DNA of 41,479 bases from Nemertoderma westbladi (lineage: Eukaryota > Animalia > Xenacoelomorpha): contig JAUCBJ010005053.1 of the NCBI GenBank assembly GCA_032718475.1, positions 1-41,479 of the forward strand, written 5' to 3'. Below the pieces are notes generated by a model, which saw nothing but the letters and a program-made list of their open reading frames with translations, did no database searches and was not told the origin of the DNA. Shown here in pieces: positions 12,306 through 25,500 of this stretch. Positions within the stretch are counted from its first letter, which is position 1. Each line of letters begins with the position of its first letter. Both the position numbers and the translations under genes were made by a program.

Positions 12306-13064
12306 TTGAATTTTGAGGTATTTTTGAATGGTCATTTATAATGTAGTTACTTGTCGGCAGTCAGGGTTCAAACATCTGAGCGTCTACAGACAGATTGGAT
12401 GATGCAGCATTTGATGGTTGCTGCAGTTGGATTTCTTGGTCACTGTCACCGGCAATTGATCGAACTGCCCAATTTCCATCCTCCATTTCATCCTCCACTA
12501 CCACGATCTCATAATGAGGTTTTGGTTCAGTTGGGACCTTGGTAGTATCCGTATCTGCGTGAGGTGGATTTGAAGATGGCTCAACTGCAGTTGGAGATGA
12601 AACTCGACTTAAAAGGTACTCAGATTCCAGGACACCAATGCCCGGCTGAGCCAGGAGATCATGGGCTGTATGGATGCCCAGGCCTCCCACCCGACTCAGG
12701 TTAGCAGACACTCCTTCCACACGTTTATTAATTGCTCATTCACATTCAGGTATTACAATATATCCAGGATCATTACAAAAAGATGAGTTCGCCTGCTTTG
12801 TATAATTGCTATCCTTCTTTGTAAAATATTCAGATATCTTTGTCTTGCGAGTAGACTTAGTATTAATAGTATTATTATTCACATTCTTCTGATTAATGGG
12901 CAAAAACTGAGGATTCAAAAGTCTGTTGGATCTGGGGTTTGTCTCAACGTTGGGCGGACTTGGAGGAACCGGAAGTGAAAGTCCATTGTTGTTCACCATG
13001 TCATTGGACGAGGATGTACTCAGAGCAACTGGAAATCCGTCGGAGTTCACATGGTTTTGGGTGA

Positions 13065-13545
13065 ACGCGGAGCAGCTGGAAGTCCGTCAGAGTTCAACAC
13101 AGCGTTGGGCAAACTCGGAGCAGCTGGAAGTCTGTTGGAGTTCAACATGGCGTTGGGCGAATTCGGAGCAGCTGGAAGTCTGTCGGAGCTCAACAAGGCA
13201 TTGGGCGAACTCGGAGCAGCTGGAAGTCTGTCGGAGTTCAACACGGTGTTGGACGAACTCTGAGCAGCTGGAAGTTCGTCGGAGTTCAACACGGCGTTGG
13301 GTGAACACGGGGCAGCTGGAAGTCCGTCGGAGTTCAACACGGCGTTGGGCGAACTCAGAGCAGCTGGGAGTCCGTCGGAGTTGGAGTTCAACACGGCGTT
13401 GGGCGAACTCGGAGCAGCTGGGTGTCCGTCGGAGTTCAACACGGCGATGGGCGAACTCGGAGCAGCTGGGAGTCCGTTGAAATTCGACACGGCATTGGGC
13501 GTACTCGGAGCAGCTGGAAGTCAGGTTGGAAGTCCGTCTGAGCTG
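13065..13545. repeat. 48-bp minisatellite (~10 copies) inside LINE ORF1
   Basis: Unit GGAGCAGCTGGAAGTCCGTCGGAGTTCAACACGGCGTTGGGCGAACTC. The minus strand reads (SDGLPAAPSSPNAVLN)n. Confidence 0.95.
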
Positions 13546-14383
13546 GGGTAGGGCTCAGCATGATCATGCGTATCGGTGCACGATTGAGCGGATGAAGTGC
13601 CTAAGTCCCGACGGAGGTCCTCTGGAAATATCGCTTTTCCCTTTAAATCTAAAAGGCGCATAGCACGCTTGAGTTTTTCTGGACAAGATCCCGTAGTGAT
13701 TTAATCGTTCTTGTCAAGGTACCGTTTCAGTGTCTCCGTGTTCATTTTATGGAGACGAGATTAATCCATATCCAGAAATACGTGGACGCCAGCACTCAGC
13801 TATACGCCCGTTCTGTCGATCCGAGGGATCGCTTGTTGAGGTCTCAAACGTGGTTGTAGGCTACGAACCCGGCCTCCAGCGAGTATTCTCTGCCAGAAAC
13901 CTTCGCGCACGTATTACAGTTGACAGTAAGTACAGTAAATAAAATAAAATAAAATAAAATCGGAGATAAAATTAAGTAAAAACACCAGTACTGCGACCGT
14001 TACGGTACAGCAGTACGGCAGTAAGGCTTATAGTTAGGTGTATAGAAACACGTGACCCTTATTTCATACAATGATGATGAATAATGATGATATTGTAGTA
14101 ATTTATATATTAATTTGGTTAACATTGAATACAGGTCCTACTTTAGGCTTAGTCAATTTATTAATCTGATGATACAAACATGAATGAATTATTTAAAAAT
14201 GGTCTCAAAGTCTTTTACCACGGGCACACACGATTTGACAAAACATTTGACAAACAAAATTTGACTATCAAAATGTTTCTTTAATAATTTTGAAAAAACT
14301 TGACTAGATACAATTTGTCCTGTAACCATCTTTAACTTTTGTTTATTGCTTTGGTGCACCCAGATTAATTTTAACACTTTAAC

Positions 14384-14511
14384 TGGGGGGGAAGTGTCAG
14401 GGGGGAAGTGTCCGGGGGGGAAGTGTCCGGGGGGGGGGGGGGAAGTGTCCTACTTGGGCGGGAGGGAAGTGTCCGGGGGGGAACTGTCCGGGGGGGAAGT
14501 GTCATAGATCC
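14384..14511. repeat. (GGGGGGAAGTGTCC)n cluster, probably the subterminal repeats and end of a DNA transposon/MITE
   Basis: About 7 copies of G-run+AAGTGTC ending in TGTCATAGATCC. The matching other end was not found. Confidence 0.55.
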
Positions 14512-15194
14512 AAATAAATAAATACGCACGAAAAAGCGATGGTTACCTAATAGTAGAAAAACAATATTTAATAATAAATATAATAACGAAACAAAATATT
14601 GTTAAAGATCAAGCCCAAACATATTACTTCTGTACATTTTACTATTGGATATTGCCTTTGACGCGTCCGCGTGTGTTGGGGCTCCCATAGACTTCAATGC
14701 TTTATATAATTTTGACGCGTCCGCAAAATATGTCCGAGACCTGAATTATTGTCAAAATCTGCTTGCGGATTTTTCTCCCCGGTCAAAATATGCCGGGGGG
14801 GGGGGGGGGCATTTTCGCCTGTCACAACGGATCCACTTACACTGTCTGTCTGGTCCTTTCTTATGCGGCAGATCAGTAGCAATTCTGGCCTTTGACAAAT
14901 TTACTAATGCTCTATATCCTTTCTAATAAACAACGATTGGTTAAACATTGTTTAGATAATTATTTTTTCATCGCAAATAAGTAAGTATAAGGAAAAAAAA
15001 TTACTAATTCTTCCAAGAATGGGGATAAAAAACAATTTATTTAATCAATGGTCAAATTGAATCTTCAGTATAATATTATTATTATTTACTCTTTATCAGT
15101 AATATCTTTATCCTTAATTTATATCTGTAATTTGTAATAAACCCATCATATTGTGTTATAGTTAGAACTGTTATAAAATATTTAATTCACTCAC

Positions 15195-15427
15195 ATCCCA
15201 CAAATAACTCTGACAGAAGATGTTTTGTCATTCATCCCGTCTGCAGTTAACTGAGTAGAGTCCGTTGTCGTTGTGTAGGTTTTATAAGCTCCGACGTTTC
15301 CCTGGTTGTTATCATCAAACAACCAGATCTCCGGTGTACATCCTAGCAACTCCTGTCCGCTGACCAGAACAGTCGACCACAGAGTGATCGACCAGGTCAC
15401 ACCAAGAAAAGAGCAACCTAATAGCAT
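15195..15427 (-). CDS. First coding exon of a secreted beta/gamma-crystallin-domain protein (partial)
   Basis: Hydrophobic signal-like N-terminus MLLGCSFLGVTWSITLWSTVLVSG, then Greek-key motif IWLFDD..G..GMNDKTSSVRVICG. A GTGAGT splice donor follows 15195 (phase 2). Downstream exons were not found in the window. Confidence 0.7.
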
Positions 15428-16764
15428 TGTACACTCCCTGTTCTACGAGTTACAGTACTTTAATTGAATAAAAGTTGTTATACGTATATTATAATAATTA
15501 TATTGGGATAGTTAAATTATAATGAAGAGGAACTTATCTTGTTGGTTTTATGTCAGAGCTGCATTCATTCATATTAAGTAACGTTACGTAACGCCCAGCA
15601 AATATAATTAGGCTGTAGCAACCTCCATCTTCCTGAAATTCCATGCTATACAACGAATAATGCTGACGTTAATTAGAAAATCAATAGTCGAAATAGTCGA
15701 AATTTTGAGTTAAGAGTGGATCTCATGCTGTGAGATGACGCAGAACAGATGTCCCTAGAATTTTATCATTGATCTATGCAAGCAAGGCTCTTACATACAT
15801 GGCAATGGGACTCACTTACATATTGTACTGTACATTGCAGCTACAGGTAAACTACTGTATGAGCTTGCATCACAATAGTAATAGCAAACCCTAATATATT
15901 GTTAAATTATATTGCGCTTAAACATTTTTTATTCCGCCATCAGAAAGGTTGCAGTCTGAGTCTGTAATGTCAACACACCAAAACTCAATCCCTGTTATGA
16001 TGACTATGTTAGAACGGATAGGTTCCAGGGTGAGGAAATTGAGTGCGAAAATTGAGTGGTTCCAACATCTGTAGGAACACGAGCAGGTGAGAATCATTTG
16101 CCTGCTCAACTCAACCAATAATGGTTGGGAAGAATTCCAGCTTACACAATCTTAATAGCTGAACAGTTCCCGGAGGAACTGTGGAACAGCTACTAGCTCA
16201 ATTCTTTGAAGATCCTTTGAGTTATAATTAGGGGAGGGTTGGGACATTTGGCATGTTTTTGTCTAAAACGCTCATATCTTCCAATCTGTTTACTCATTTG
16301 TTTAATATGAGTTCTCATTTTGTCCAGAATTTAATGGGCTATCATTCAGTCATAGTCATTGTATTGATTTTAAAAGATTTCGAATTGTTAGGGTCGATTT
16401 TGTCGATGGATGTCAAACATGCCAATTCTCCCAACACATGGGGACATTTGGCAGAGAGTACAGGGATATATTTGAAATTATTTTTTAAACGCCCTGTTCT
16501 ATATGCATTTACAGCCTAATTTGCAAATATTTATCCTATATGGTATTGTAACTATCAGTTGACAAGCTTCATTTACTTATTCTGTTAATCTTCTCTAAGT
16601 TTAACTTCAAGATTTACATTTCGCGTAATTCAAGGAATTCCCCGGGCTGATGATGGTTCCATTCCGTTGTTGTTTGCTGGAGGGTAGGGGGTGGTATGTG
16701 GGGAGTGTTCAAGAGGTGGTATATGGGGAGTGGTCATGTTCAACTGGATTCTTATTAAATTCGT

Positions 16765-17672
16765 ATATATATATATATATATTTATTGACAAAAATATAT
16801 TGTCCAAAATCGCACAGACTAGAATCAGTAATAAATCAAACTTTAACCTTTACTAGATACAGATTCGGGTGGTTCAAATTAAATTAATACATTAAATAAT
16901 ACTAATAATACTAAATAATAATACACTAAACAATAAATCATTACCATATACAGTATAAATACATAACTAATAGAAAATAATATAAATAAAATTACATCAA
17001 TAGTGTATTGGTGTAATGATGATGTAATAGTGTATTCCCAAACAATTACATACATACATATGTGTAGATACATACGGCGTACGTACTATTCGAGAGTTTC
17101 AAGCACACTATAAATGAAGAAGTTTGACAGGGTCACAAACTCTTCCTTACTAGTTACATTCATTAGGGATTCTACGGATGTAAACGAGAGTGAAGGAGTC
17201 CTAGACACTAAAACACAATTCAGAAGAACATGCTCCTCCGATTGTATAAGCCCACACCTGCAAATACGGCGCTCCTTTGGAATCCTCTTCCACCTCCCTA
17301 GCTCCACAGCCAAGGAGGTGCTACCGAGTCGAAATCGGGATAAAGCAATCCTACTCTGTTCTGGAATGTTGCAACCCCGTTTGCAGTAAGGTGGATGTGA
17401 TAGTGTAGGGTTATACAGAAGGTAGAGTTTACGTTTGGTGGAGTCGGTTAACGGTAGAACGTCAGATATTAATTCTCATAGTGCAGAATGAGTTTATGAC
17501 GGGATCCCCCTGGCTTAATAGCAACTTCTCAACCGCGACTCCCATTGGAGTCCGTTCAACTACAGTATACAGCGATCCAGGACAAAAAAGAGTGGCCTGT
17601 GTAGGCTCTTATCCTCTAACATCCTGCAAAGGAAGTCTCTCTGGCGCTTCCGGATAGCTCTCTGTGGATCCG
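16765..17672 (-). mobile_element. 5'-truncated LINE 3' fragment (ORF2 C-terminus with zinc finger, 3' UTR, (TA)n tail)
   Basis: Reads STKRKLY..NPTL..IPEQSRIALSRFRLGS..VELGRWKRIPKERRICRCGLIQSEEHVLLNC. Ends in AATAAA(TA)n on the minus strand. Confidence 0.8.
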
Positions 17673-18808
17673 GTAGTTGGAAATCTGAAATGACTTTTCG
17701 TAAAAATCTATTGTCTACCTAATAGTAAAAACCGATTTCAAAAATAGTGGGAAGTTTTAGAGTTATAGCACCATTTTTTAACCCAACGTTTTTTGAAAAT
17801 TACATTTCATGAAATATGATTTGTAGTTTCTATTTTTGATTTACACCGGCTTTTTGGTGTTAGCAATTAGATGGAATTCATATAAATTAATTTAAAAATT
17901 TCCAAACTTTTTTTCGACGGGTGCCAAATTTTGGTGCCAGCACCAAATTTTGAAATATATCAATTTTGAAAAAAATTGATTGTTTCAACCTGTTTTTTGC
18001 GCAATAGGGGTTATTTCTGGTTCTGGTTTTCTTGGAATATATACGCCTTGCACCATGCGTATCAAACTTGTATTTTTCGGTGCTGTGTGCAAAATTTGGT
18101 GCCAGCAGGAAATTTTGAAAATCTATTCAATAGTTGAATGTATGCAAAGTAAAAATAATTGAACTCTGTTAGTTAGATCCTCAGCTGACAACAAATTTTT
18201 GGCATTATATTATTCATAATCATTAACAGTTAATAAATAATAAAGAGATATAATACAATTAATTAATAAAATTGATTTAAACGTAACATTAACAAAAAAT
18301 ATAAATCGCTATTTATATATTATCACCACTAATTTAACTTATAATTTAAACCAAAAACAGTAGGCCAAAATAATGTTTCTCTCAATATGTTCTCACGAGA
18401 CAGGTGGGAATCACCTCTCTGTGAAATAATATCTCATCTCAAGTTACTTTGATTGGGGCAGTGGTACGTTATTCTAACCAAAACAATAAACAAAACTAAT
18501 AATTCGTAACAAACGATTTTCCCCTGGGTCGGGATGAAATTTGATTGACGACGAATTTCATTTTAGTGACAATTAATGAATAAATAAAAAAATTACCCAA
18601 AGATCACGTTTTACCGAACTCAAACTCAACTATGTTCAAAGCAAGATATGATCATTAATTTATATCTGCGTTTTATTGTATCTTTAACAATATTCGTTCG
18701 GTTCGAATATTATCACATTATAAATAGAAATAATAATAACATAAAATTGGGTTTAAGAAATAAATTATATTATATTATGCACCAATGATTTAATTAACGT
18801 AATGACTT

Positions 18809-18915
18809 ATAGAGCAAGGAAAATAAATACGTATTTCATAGAGCAAGGAAAATAAATACGTATTTCAGAGAACAAGGAAAAATACATACGTGATTCTATA
18901 GAGTAAGGATAAGGA
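18809..18915 (+). repeat. ~30-bp tandem repeat, 3-4 degenerate copies
   Basis: ATAGAGCAAGGAAAATAAATACGTATTTC repeated. Confidence 0.7.
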
Positions 18916-19042
18916 ACATAAAAACCGCATTGTATAGAATAAGAATAAATAAAAAAAATTAAATTCGCATAACAGAATTTCACATTATTACCTTGTTGAC
19001 CTAAAATGAATTTAAGTGCCTACCCCTACAGTATACTTTCAG

Positions 19043-19072
19043 TATTCATATTCAGTATACTGAATATGAATA
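19043..19072. repeat. Perfect 30-bp palindrome
   Basis: TATTCATATTCAGTA|TACTGAATATGAATA. Confidence 0.85.
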
Positions 19073-19542
19073 AATACAATTTGTTGTATTTTTTCAGTAG
19101 GCTAGCTAGTGATACCGGAAGGTATACACGAATAACCTCAGTCCAACCTGTATAATAAACTCTCTCATGAAAATGCAATATTCTTCATTTGATAAATGTT
19201 TTACGAGTTGGTGTGGACAAAGCTGGGTGACAATAAACATACAAAATCATAACACCCATAACACGGTAATGTTCAAATAGAATAGAACCATTTTGATACC
19301 TTTTTTTCGCACACTACCACACGTCCGTTATGTGTTAAATGTTTTTTGTATCGTGTATCGTCTAATAATAAATACCATCGGTAATATCAAATACTACTCA
19401 TCAGTGGGACTAAGGAAAAGAAAACCAGCGAAATTGCGACTGGGCTGACTATTAATAAACTACAGAAACCAGGGTGGAAATAATATCAGAGGAATATAGA
19501 TAGATACTTTACTGTGTTACACTTGAAGTATTCCTGATGCTA

Positions 19543-22500
19543 TGACCAAATCAACAGCTGGGAAACTGTTGACCATCAGTTACCAAACCAACAGCTGGGC
19601 AACTGTTGGCTATCAGTTACCAAACCAACAGCTGGGCAACTGTTGGCTATCAGTTACCAAACCAACAGCTGGGCAACTGTTGACTATCAGTTACCAAACC
19701 AACAGCTGGGCACCTGTTGGCCATCAGTTACCAAACCAACAGCTGGGCACCTGTTGGCCATCAGTTACCAAACCAACAGCTGGGCAACTGTTGACCATCA
19801 GTTACCAAACCAACAGCTGGGCAACTGTTGACCATCAGTTACCAAACCAACAGCTGGGCAACTGTTGACTATCAGTTACCAAACCAACAGCTGGGCACCT
19901 GTTGGCCATCAGTTACCAAACCAACAGCTGGGCACGTCTGTTGGCCATCAGGTACCAAACCAACAGCTGGGCACCTGTTGGCCATCAGTTACCAAACCAA
20001 CAGCTGGGCACCTGTTGGCCATCAGTTACCAAACCAACAGCTGGGCACCTGTTGGCCATCAGTTACCAAACCAACAGCTGGGCAACTGTTGACCATCAGT
20101 TACCAAATCAACAGCTGGGCAACTGTTGACTATCAGTTACCAAACCAACAGCTGGGCAACTGTTGACTATCAGTTACCAAACCAACAGCTGGGCAACTGT
20201 TGACTATCAGTAACCAAACCAACAGCTGGGCAACTGTTGACTATCAGTTACCAAACCAACAGCTGGGCAACTGTTGACCATCAGTTACCAAACCAACAGC
20301 TGGGCAACTGTTGACTATCAGTTACCAAACCAACAGCTGGGCAACTGTTGGTTGACTATCAGTTACCAAACCAACAGCTGGGCAACTGTTGACTATCAGT
20401 TACCAAACCAACAGCTGGGCAACTGTTGACTAACAGTTACCTACAGCTGGGCAACTGTTGACTATCAGTTACCAAACCAACAGCTGGGCAACTGTTGACT
20501 ATCAGTTACCAAACCAACAGCTGGGCAACTGTTGACCATCAGTTACCAAACCAACAGCTGGGCAACTGTTGACTATCAGTTACCAAACCAACAGCTGGGC
20601 AACTGTTGGTTGACTATCAGTTACCAAACCAACAGCTGGGCAACTGTTGACTATCAGTTACCAAACCAACAGCTGGGCAACTGTTGACTAACAGTTACCT
20701 ACAGCTGGGCAACTGTTGACTATCAGTTACCAAACCAACAGCTGGGCAACTGTTGGCCATCAGTTACCAAACCAACAGCCGGGCAACTGTTGGCCATCAG
20801 TTACCAAACCAACAGCCGGGCAACTGTTGACTATCAGTTACCAAACCAACAGCTGGGCACCTGTTGGCCATCAGTTACCAAACCAACAGCCGGGCAACTG
20901 TTGACTATCAGTTACCAAACCAACAGCTGGGCACCTGTTGGCCATCAGTTACCAAACCAACAGCTGGGCAACTGTTGGCCATCAGTTACCAAACCAACAG
21001 CTGGGCAACTGTTGACTATCAGTTACCAAACCAACAGCTGGGCAACTGTTGACTATCAGTTACCAAACCATCAGCTCGGCAACTGTTGGCCATCAGTTAC
21101 CAAACCAACAGCTGGGCAACTGTTGACTATCAGTTACCAAACCAACAGCTGGGCAACTGTTGACTATCAGTTACCAAACCAACAGCTGGGCAACTGTTGA
21201 CTATCAGTTACCAAACCAACAGCTGGGCAACTGTTGACTATCAGTTACCAAACCAACAGCTGGGCAACTGTTGACTATCAGTTACCAAACCAACAGCTGG
21301 GCAACTGTTGACTATCAGTTACCAAACCAACAGCTGGGCAACTGTTGACTATCAGTTACCAAACCAACAGCTGGGCAACTGTTGACTATCAGTTACCAAA
21401 CCAACAGCCGGGCAACTGTTGACTATCAGTTACCAAACCAACAGCTGGGCAACTGTTGACTATCAGTTACCAAACCATCAGCTGGGCAACTGTTGGCCAT
21501 CAGTTACCAAACCAACAGCTGGGCAACTGTTGACTATCAGTTACCAAACCAACAGCTGGGCAACTGTTGACTATCAGTTACCAAACCAACAGCCGGGCAA
21601 CTGTTGACTATCAGTTACCAAACCAACAGCCGGGCAACTGTTGACTATCAGTTACCAAACCAACAGCTGGGCACCTGTTGGCCATCAGTTACCAAACCAA
21701 CAGCTGGGCACCTGTTGGCCATCAGTTACCAAACCAACAGCTGGGCAACTGTTGACCATCAGTTACCAAACCAACAGCCGGGCAACTGTTGACTATCAGT
21801 TACCAAACCAACAGCTGGGCACCTGTTGGCCATCAGTTACCAAACCAACAGCTGGGCACCTGTTGGCCATCAGTTACCAAACCAACAGCCGGGCAACTGT
21901 TGACTATCAGTTACCAAACCAACAGCTGGGCACCTGTTGGCCATCAGTTACCAAACCAACAGCCGGGCAACTGTTGGCCATCAGTTACCAAACCAACAGC
22001 TGGGCAACTGTTGACTATCAGTTACCAAACCAACAGCTGGGCAACTGTTGGCCATCAGTTACCAAACCAACAGCTGGGCAACTGTTGACTATCAGTTACC
22101 AAACCAACAGCTGGGCAACTGTTGACTATCAGTTACCAAACCATCAGCTGGGCAACTGTTGACAATCAGTTACCAAACCAACAGCTGGGCAACTGTTGGC
22201 CATCAGTTACCAAACCAACAGCTGGGCAACTGTTGGCCATCATTTACCAAACCAACAGCTGGGCAACTGTTGACTATCAGTTACCAAACCAACAGCTGGG
22301 CAACTGTTGACTATCAGTTACCAAACCAACAGCTGGGCAACTGTTGGCCATCAGTTACCAAACCAACAGCTGGGCAACTGTTGGCCATCAGTTACCAAAC
22401 CAACAGCTGGGCAACTGTTGGCCATCATTTACCAAACCAACAGCTGGGCAACTGTTGGCCATCAGTTACCAAACCAACAGCTGGGCAACTGTTGACTATC

Positions 22501-25500
22501 AGTTACCTACAGCTGGGCAACTGTTGACTATCAGTTACCAAACCAACAGCTGGGCAACTGTTGGCCATCAGTTACCAAACCAACAGCCGGGCAACTGTTG
22601 ACTATCAGTTACCAAACCAACAGCTGGGCATCTGTTGGCCATCAGTTACCAAACCAACAGCCGGGCAACTGTTGACTATCAGTTACCAAACCAACAGCTG
22701 GGCAACTGTTGGCCATCAGTTACCAAACCAACAGCTGGGCAACTGTTGACTATCAGTTACCAAACCAACAGCTGGGCAACTGTTGACTATCAGTTACCAA
22801 ACCATCAGCTGGGCAACTGTTGGCCATCAGTTACCAAACCAACAGCTGGGCAACTGTTGACAATCAGTTACCAAACCAACAGCCGGGCAACTGTTGACTA
22901 TCAGTTACCAAACCAACAGCCGGGCAACTGTTGGCCATCAGTTACCAAACCAACAGCTGGGCAACTGTTGGCCATCAGTTACCAAACCAACAGCTGGGCA
23001 CCTGTTGGCCATCAGTTACCAAACCAACAGCTGGGCACCTGTTGGCCATCAGTTACCAAACCAACAGCCGGGCAACTGTTGACTATCAGTTACGAAACCA
23101 ACAGCTGGGCACCTGTTGGCCATCAGTTACCAAACCAACAGCCGGGCAACTGTTGACTATCAGTTACCAAACCAACAGCTGGGCACCTGTTGGCCATCAG
23201 TTACCAAACCAACAGCTGGGCAACTGTTGGCCATCAGTTACCAAACCAACAGCTGGGCAACTGTTGACTATCAGTTACCAAACCAACAGCTGGGCAACTG
23301 TTGACTATCAGTTACCAAACCATCAGCTGGGCAACTGTTGACAATCAGTTACCAAACCAACAGCTGGGCAACTCTTGGCCATCAGTTACCAAACCAACAG
23401 CTGGGCAACTGTTGGCCATCATTTACCAAACCAACAGCTGGGCAACTGTTGACTATCAGTTACCAAACCAACAGCTGGGCAACTGTTGACTATCAGTTAC
23501 CAAACCAACAGCTGGGCAACTGTTGGCCATCAGTTACCAAACCAACAGCTGGGCAACTGTTGGCCATCAGTTACCAAACCAACAGCTGGGCAACTGTTGG
23601 CCATCATTTACCAAACCAACAGCTGGGCAACTGTTGGCCATCAGTTACCAAACCAACAGCTGGGCAACTGTTGACAATCAGTTACCAAACCAACAGCTGG
23701 GCAACTGTTGGCCATCAGTTACCAAACCAACAGCTGGGCAACTGTTGACAATCAGTTACCAAACCAACAGCTGGGCAACTGTTGACTATCAGTTACCAAA
23801 CCAACAGCTGGGCAACTGTTGACTATCAGTTACCTACAGCTGGGCAACTGTTGACTATCAGTTACCAAACCAACAGCTGGGCAACTGTTGACTATCAGTT
23901 ACCAAACCAACAGCTGGGCAACTGTTGACTATCAGTTACCTACAGCTGGGCAACTGTTGACTATCAGCTACCAAACCAACAGCTGGGCAACTGTTGACCA
24001 TCAGTTACCAAACCAACAGCCGGGCAACTGTTGACTATCAGTTACCAAACCAACAGCTGGGCACCTGTTGGCCATCAGTTACCAAACCAACAGCCGGGCA
24101 ACTGTTGACTATCAGTTACCAAACCAACAGCTGGGCACCTGTTGGCCATCAGTTACCAAACCAACAGCTGGGCACCTGTTGGCCATCAGTTACCAAACCA
24201 ACAGCCGGGCAACTGTTGACTATCAGTTACCAAACCAACAGCTGGGCACCTGTTGGCCATCAGTTACCAAACCAACAGCCGGGCAACTGTTGACTATCAG
24301 TTACCAAACCAACAGCTGGGCAACTGTTGACTATCAGTTACCAAACCAACAGCTGGGCAACTGTTGACTATCAGTTACCAAACCAACAGCTGGGCAACTG
24401 TTGGCCATCAGTTACCAAACCAACAGCTGGGCAACTGTTGACTATCAGTTACCAAACCAACAGCCGGGCAACTGTTGACTATCAGTTACCAAACCAACAG
24501 CTGGGCAACTGTTGACTATCAGTTACCAAACCAACAGCTGGGCAACTGTTGGCCATCAGTTACCAAACCAACAGCCGGGCAACTGTTGACTATCAGTTAC
24601 CAAACCAACAGCTGGGCAACTGTTGACTATCAGTTACCAAACCAACAGCTGGGCAACTGTTGGCCATCAGTTACCAAACCAACAGCTGGGCAACTGTTGA
24701 CTATCAGTTACCAAACCAACAGCTGGGCAACTGTTGACTATCAGTTACCAAACCAACAGCTGGGCAACTGTTGACTATCAGTTACCAAACCAACAGCTGG
24801 GCAACTGTTGGCCATCAGTTACCAAACCAACAGCTGGGCAACTGTTGGCCATCAGTTACCAAACCAACAGCCGGGCAACTGTTGACTATCAGTTACCAAA
24901 CCAACAGCTGGGCAACTGTTGACTATCAGTTACCAAACCAACAGCTGGGCAACTGTTGACTATCAGTTACCAAACCAACAGCTGGGCAACTGTTGGCCAT
25001 CAGTTACCAAACCAACAGCTGGGCAACTGTTGGCCATCAGTTACCAAACCAACAGCCGGGCAACTGTTGACTATCAGTTACCAAACCAACAGCTGGGCAA
25101 CTGTTGACTATCAGTTACCAAACCAACAGCTGGGCAACTGTTGACTATCAGTTACCAAACCAACAGCTGGGCAACTGTTGGCCATCAGTTACCAAACCAA
25201 CAGCTGGGCAACTGTTGACTATCAGTTACCAAACCAACAGCTGGGCAACTGTTGACTATCAGTTACCAAACCAACAGCTGGGCAACTGTTGGCCATCAGT
25301 TACCAAACCAACAGCTGGGCAACTGTTGGCCATCAGTTACCAAACCAACAGCTGGGCAACTGTTGGCCATCAGTTACCAAACCAACAGCCGGGCAACTGT
25401 TGACTATCAGTTACCAAACCAACAGCTGGGCAACTGTTGACTATCAGTTACCAAACCAACAGCTGGGCAACTGTTGGCCATCAGTTACCAAACCAACAGC

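Larger units (their letters stand above)
10711..13900 (-). pseudogene. LINE ORF1 remnant (low-complexity repeats, Cys-rich patch, C-terminal RRM-like FWPxG region)
   Basis: Chain of minus-strand ORFs (13490-13047, 13050-12736, 12720-12361, 12335-11601, 11640-11407, 10917-10711). Motifs DDLFIG and MRVTID..SFWPTG lie near the C-terminus. The start is not resolved. Confidence 0.55.
9092..14057 (-). mobile_element. RTE-X/CR1-like LINE, 5' part (5' UTR, long ORF1, APE and start of RT), cut off at the tail of the plus-strand LINE
   Basis: The ORF1 remnant ends at 10711 with FWPTG, and ORF2 starts at ATG 10704. The T-rich 5' UTR reaches ~14057 (approximate). Clade assignment is tentative. Confidence 0.75.

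Noticed and set aside
11789-13551. Plus-strand repeat ORFs (GRYSYLLPEGRG, GATPICYPKVGV, RRWANSEQLEV)
   Set aside because: Antisense shadows of minisatellites that lie within a minus-strand LINE ORF1.
15918-16200. GC-richer stretch as a possible exon
   Set aside because: No recognisable domain in the frames examined, and no consistent splice pair.
17672-18200. MITE-like sequence with AAATTTGGTGCCAGCA repeats (similar unresolved fragments at ~14220-14330, 14600-14826, 16236-16497, 32666-32935)
   Set aside because: Probably DNA-transposon fragments, but both ends and TSDs could not be established by eye.
19380-19410. Possible minimal hammerhead ribozyme on the minus strand (CTGATGAGTAGTATTTGATA)
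   Set aside because: The CTGATGA core is present, but the GAAA box and stem II are broken and no stem I/III was evident.
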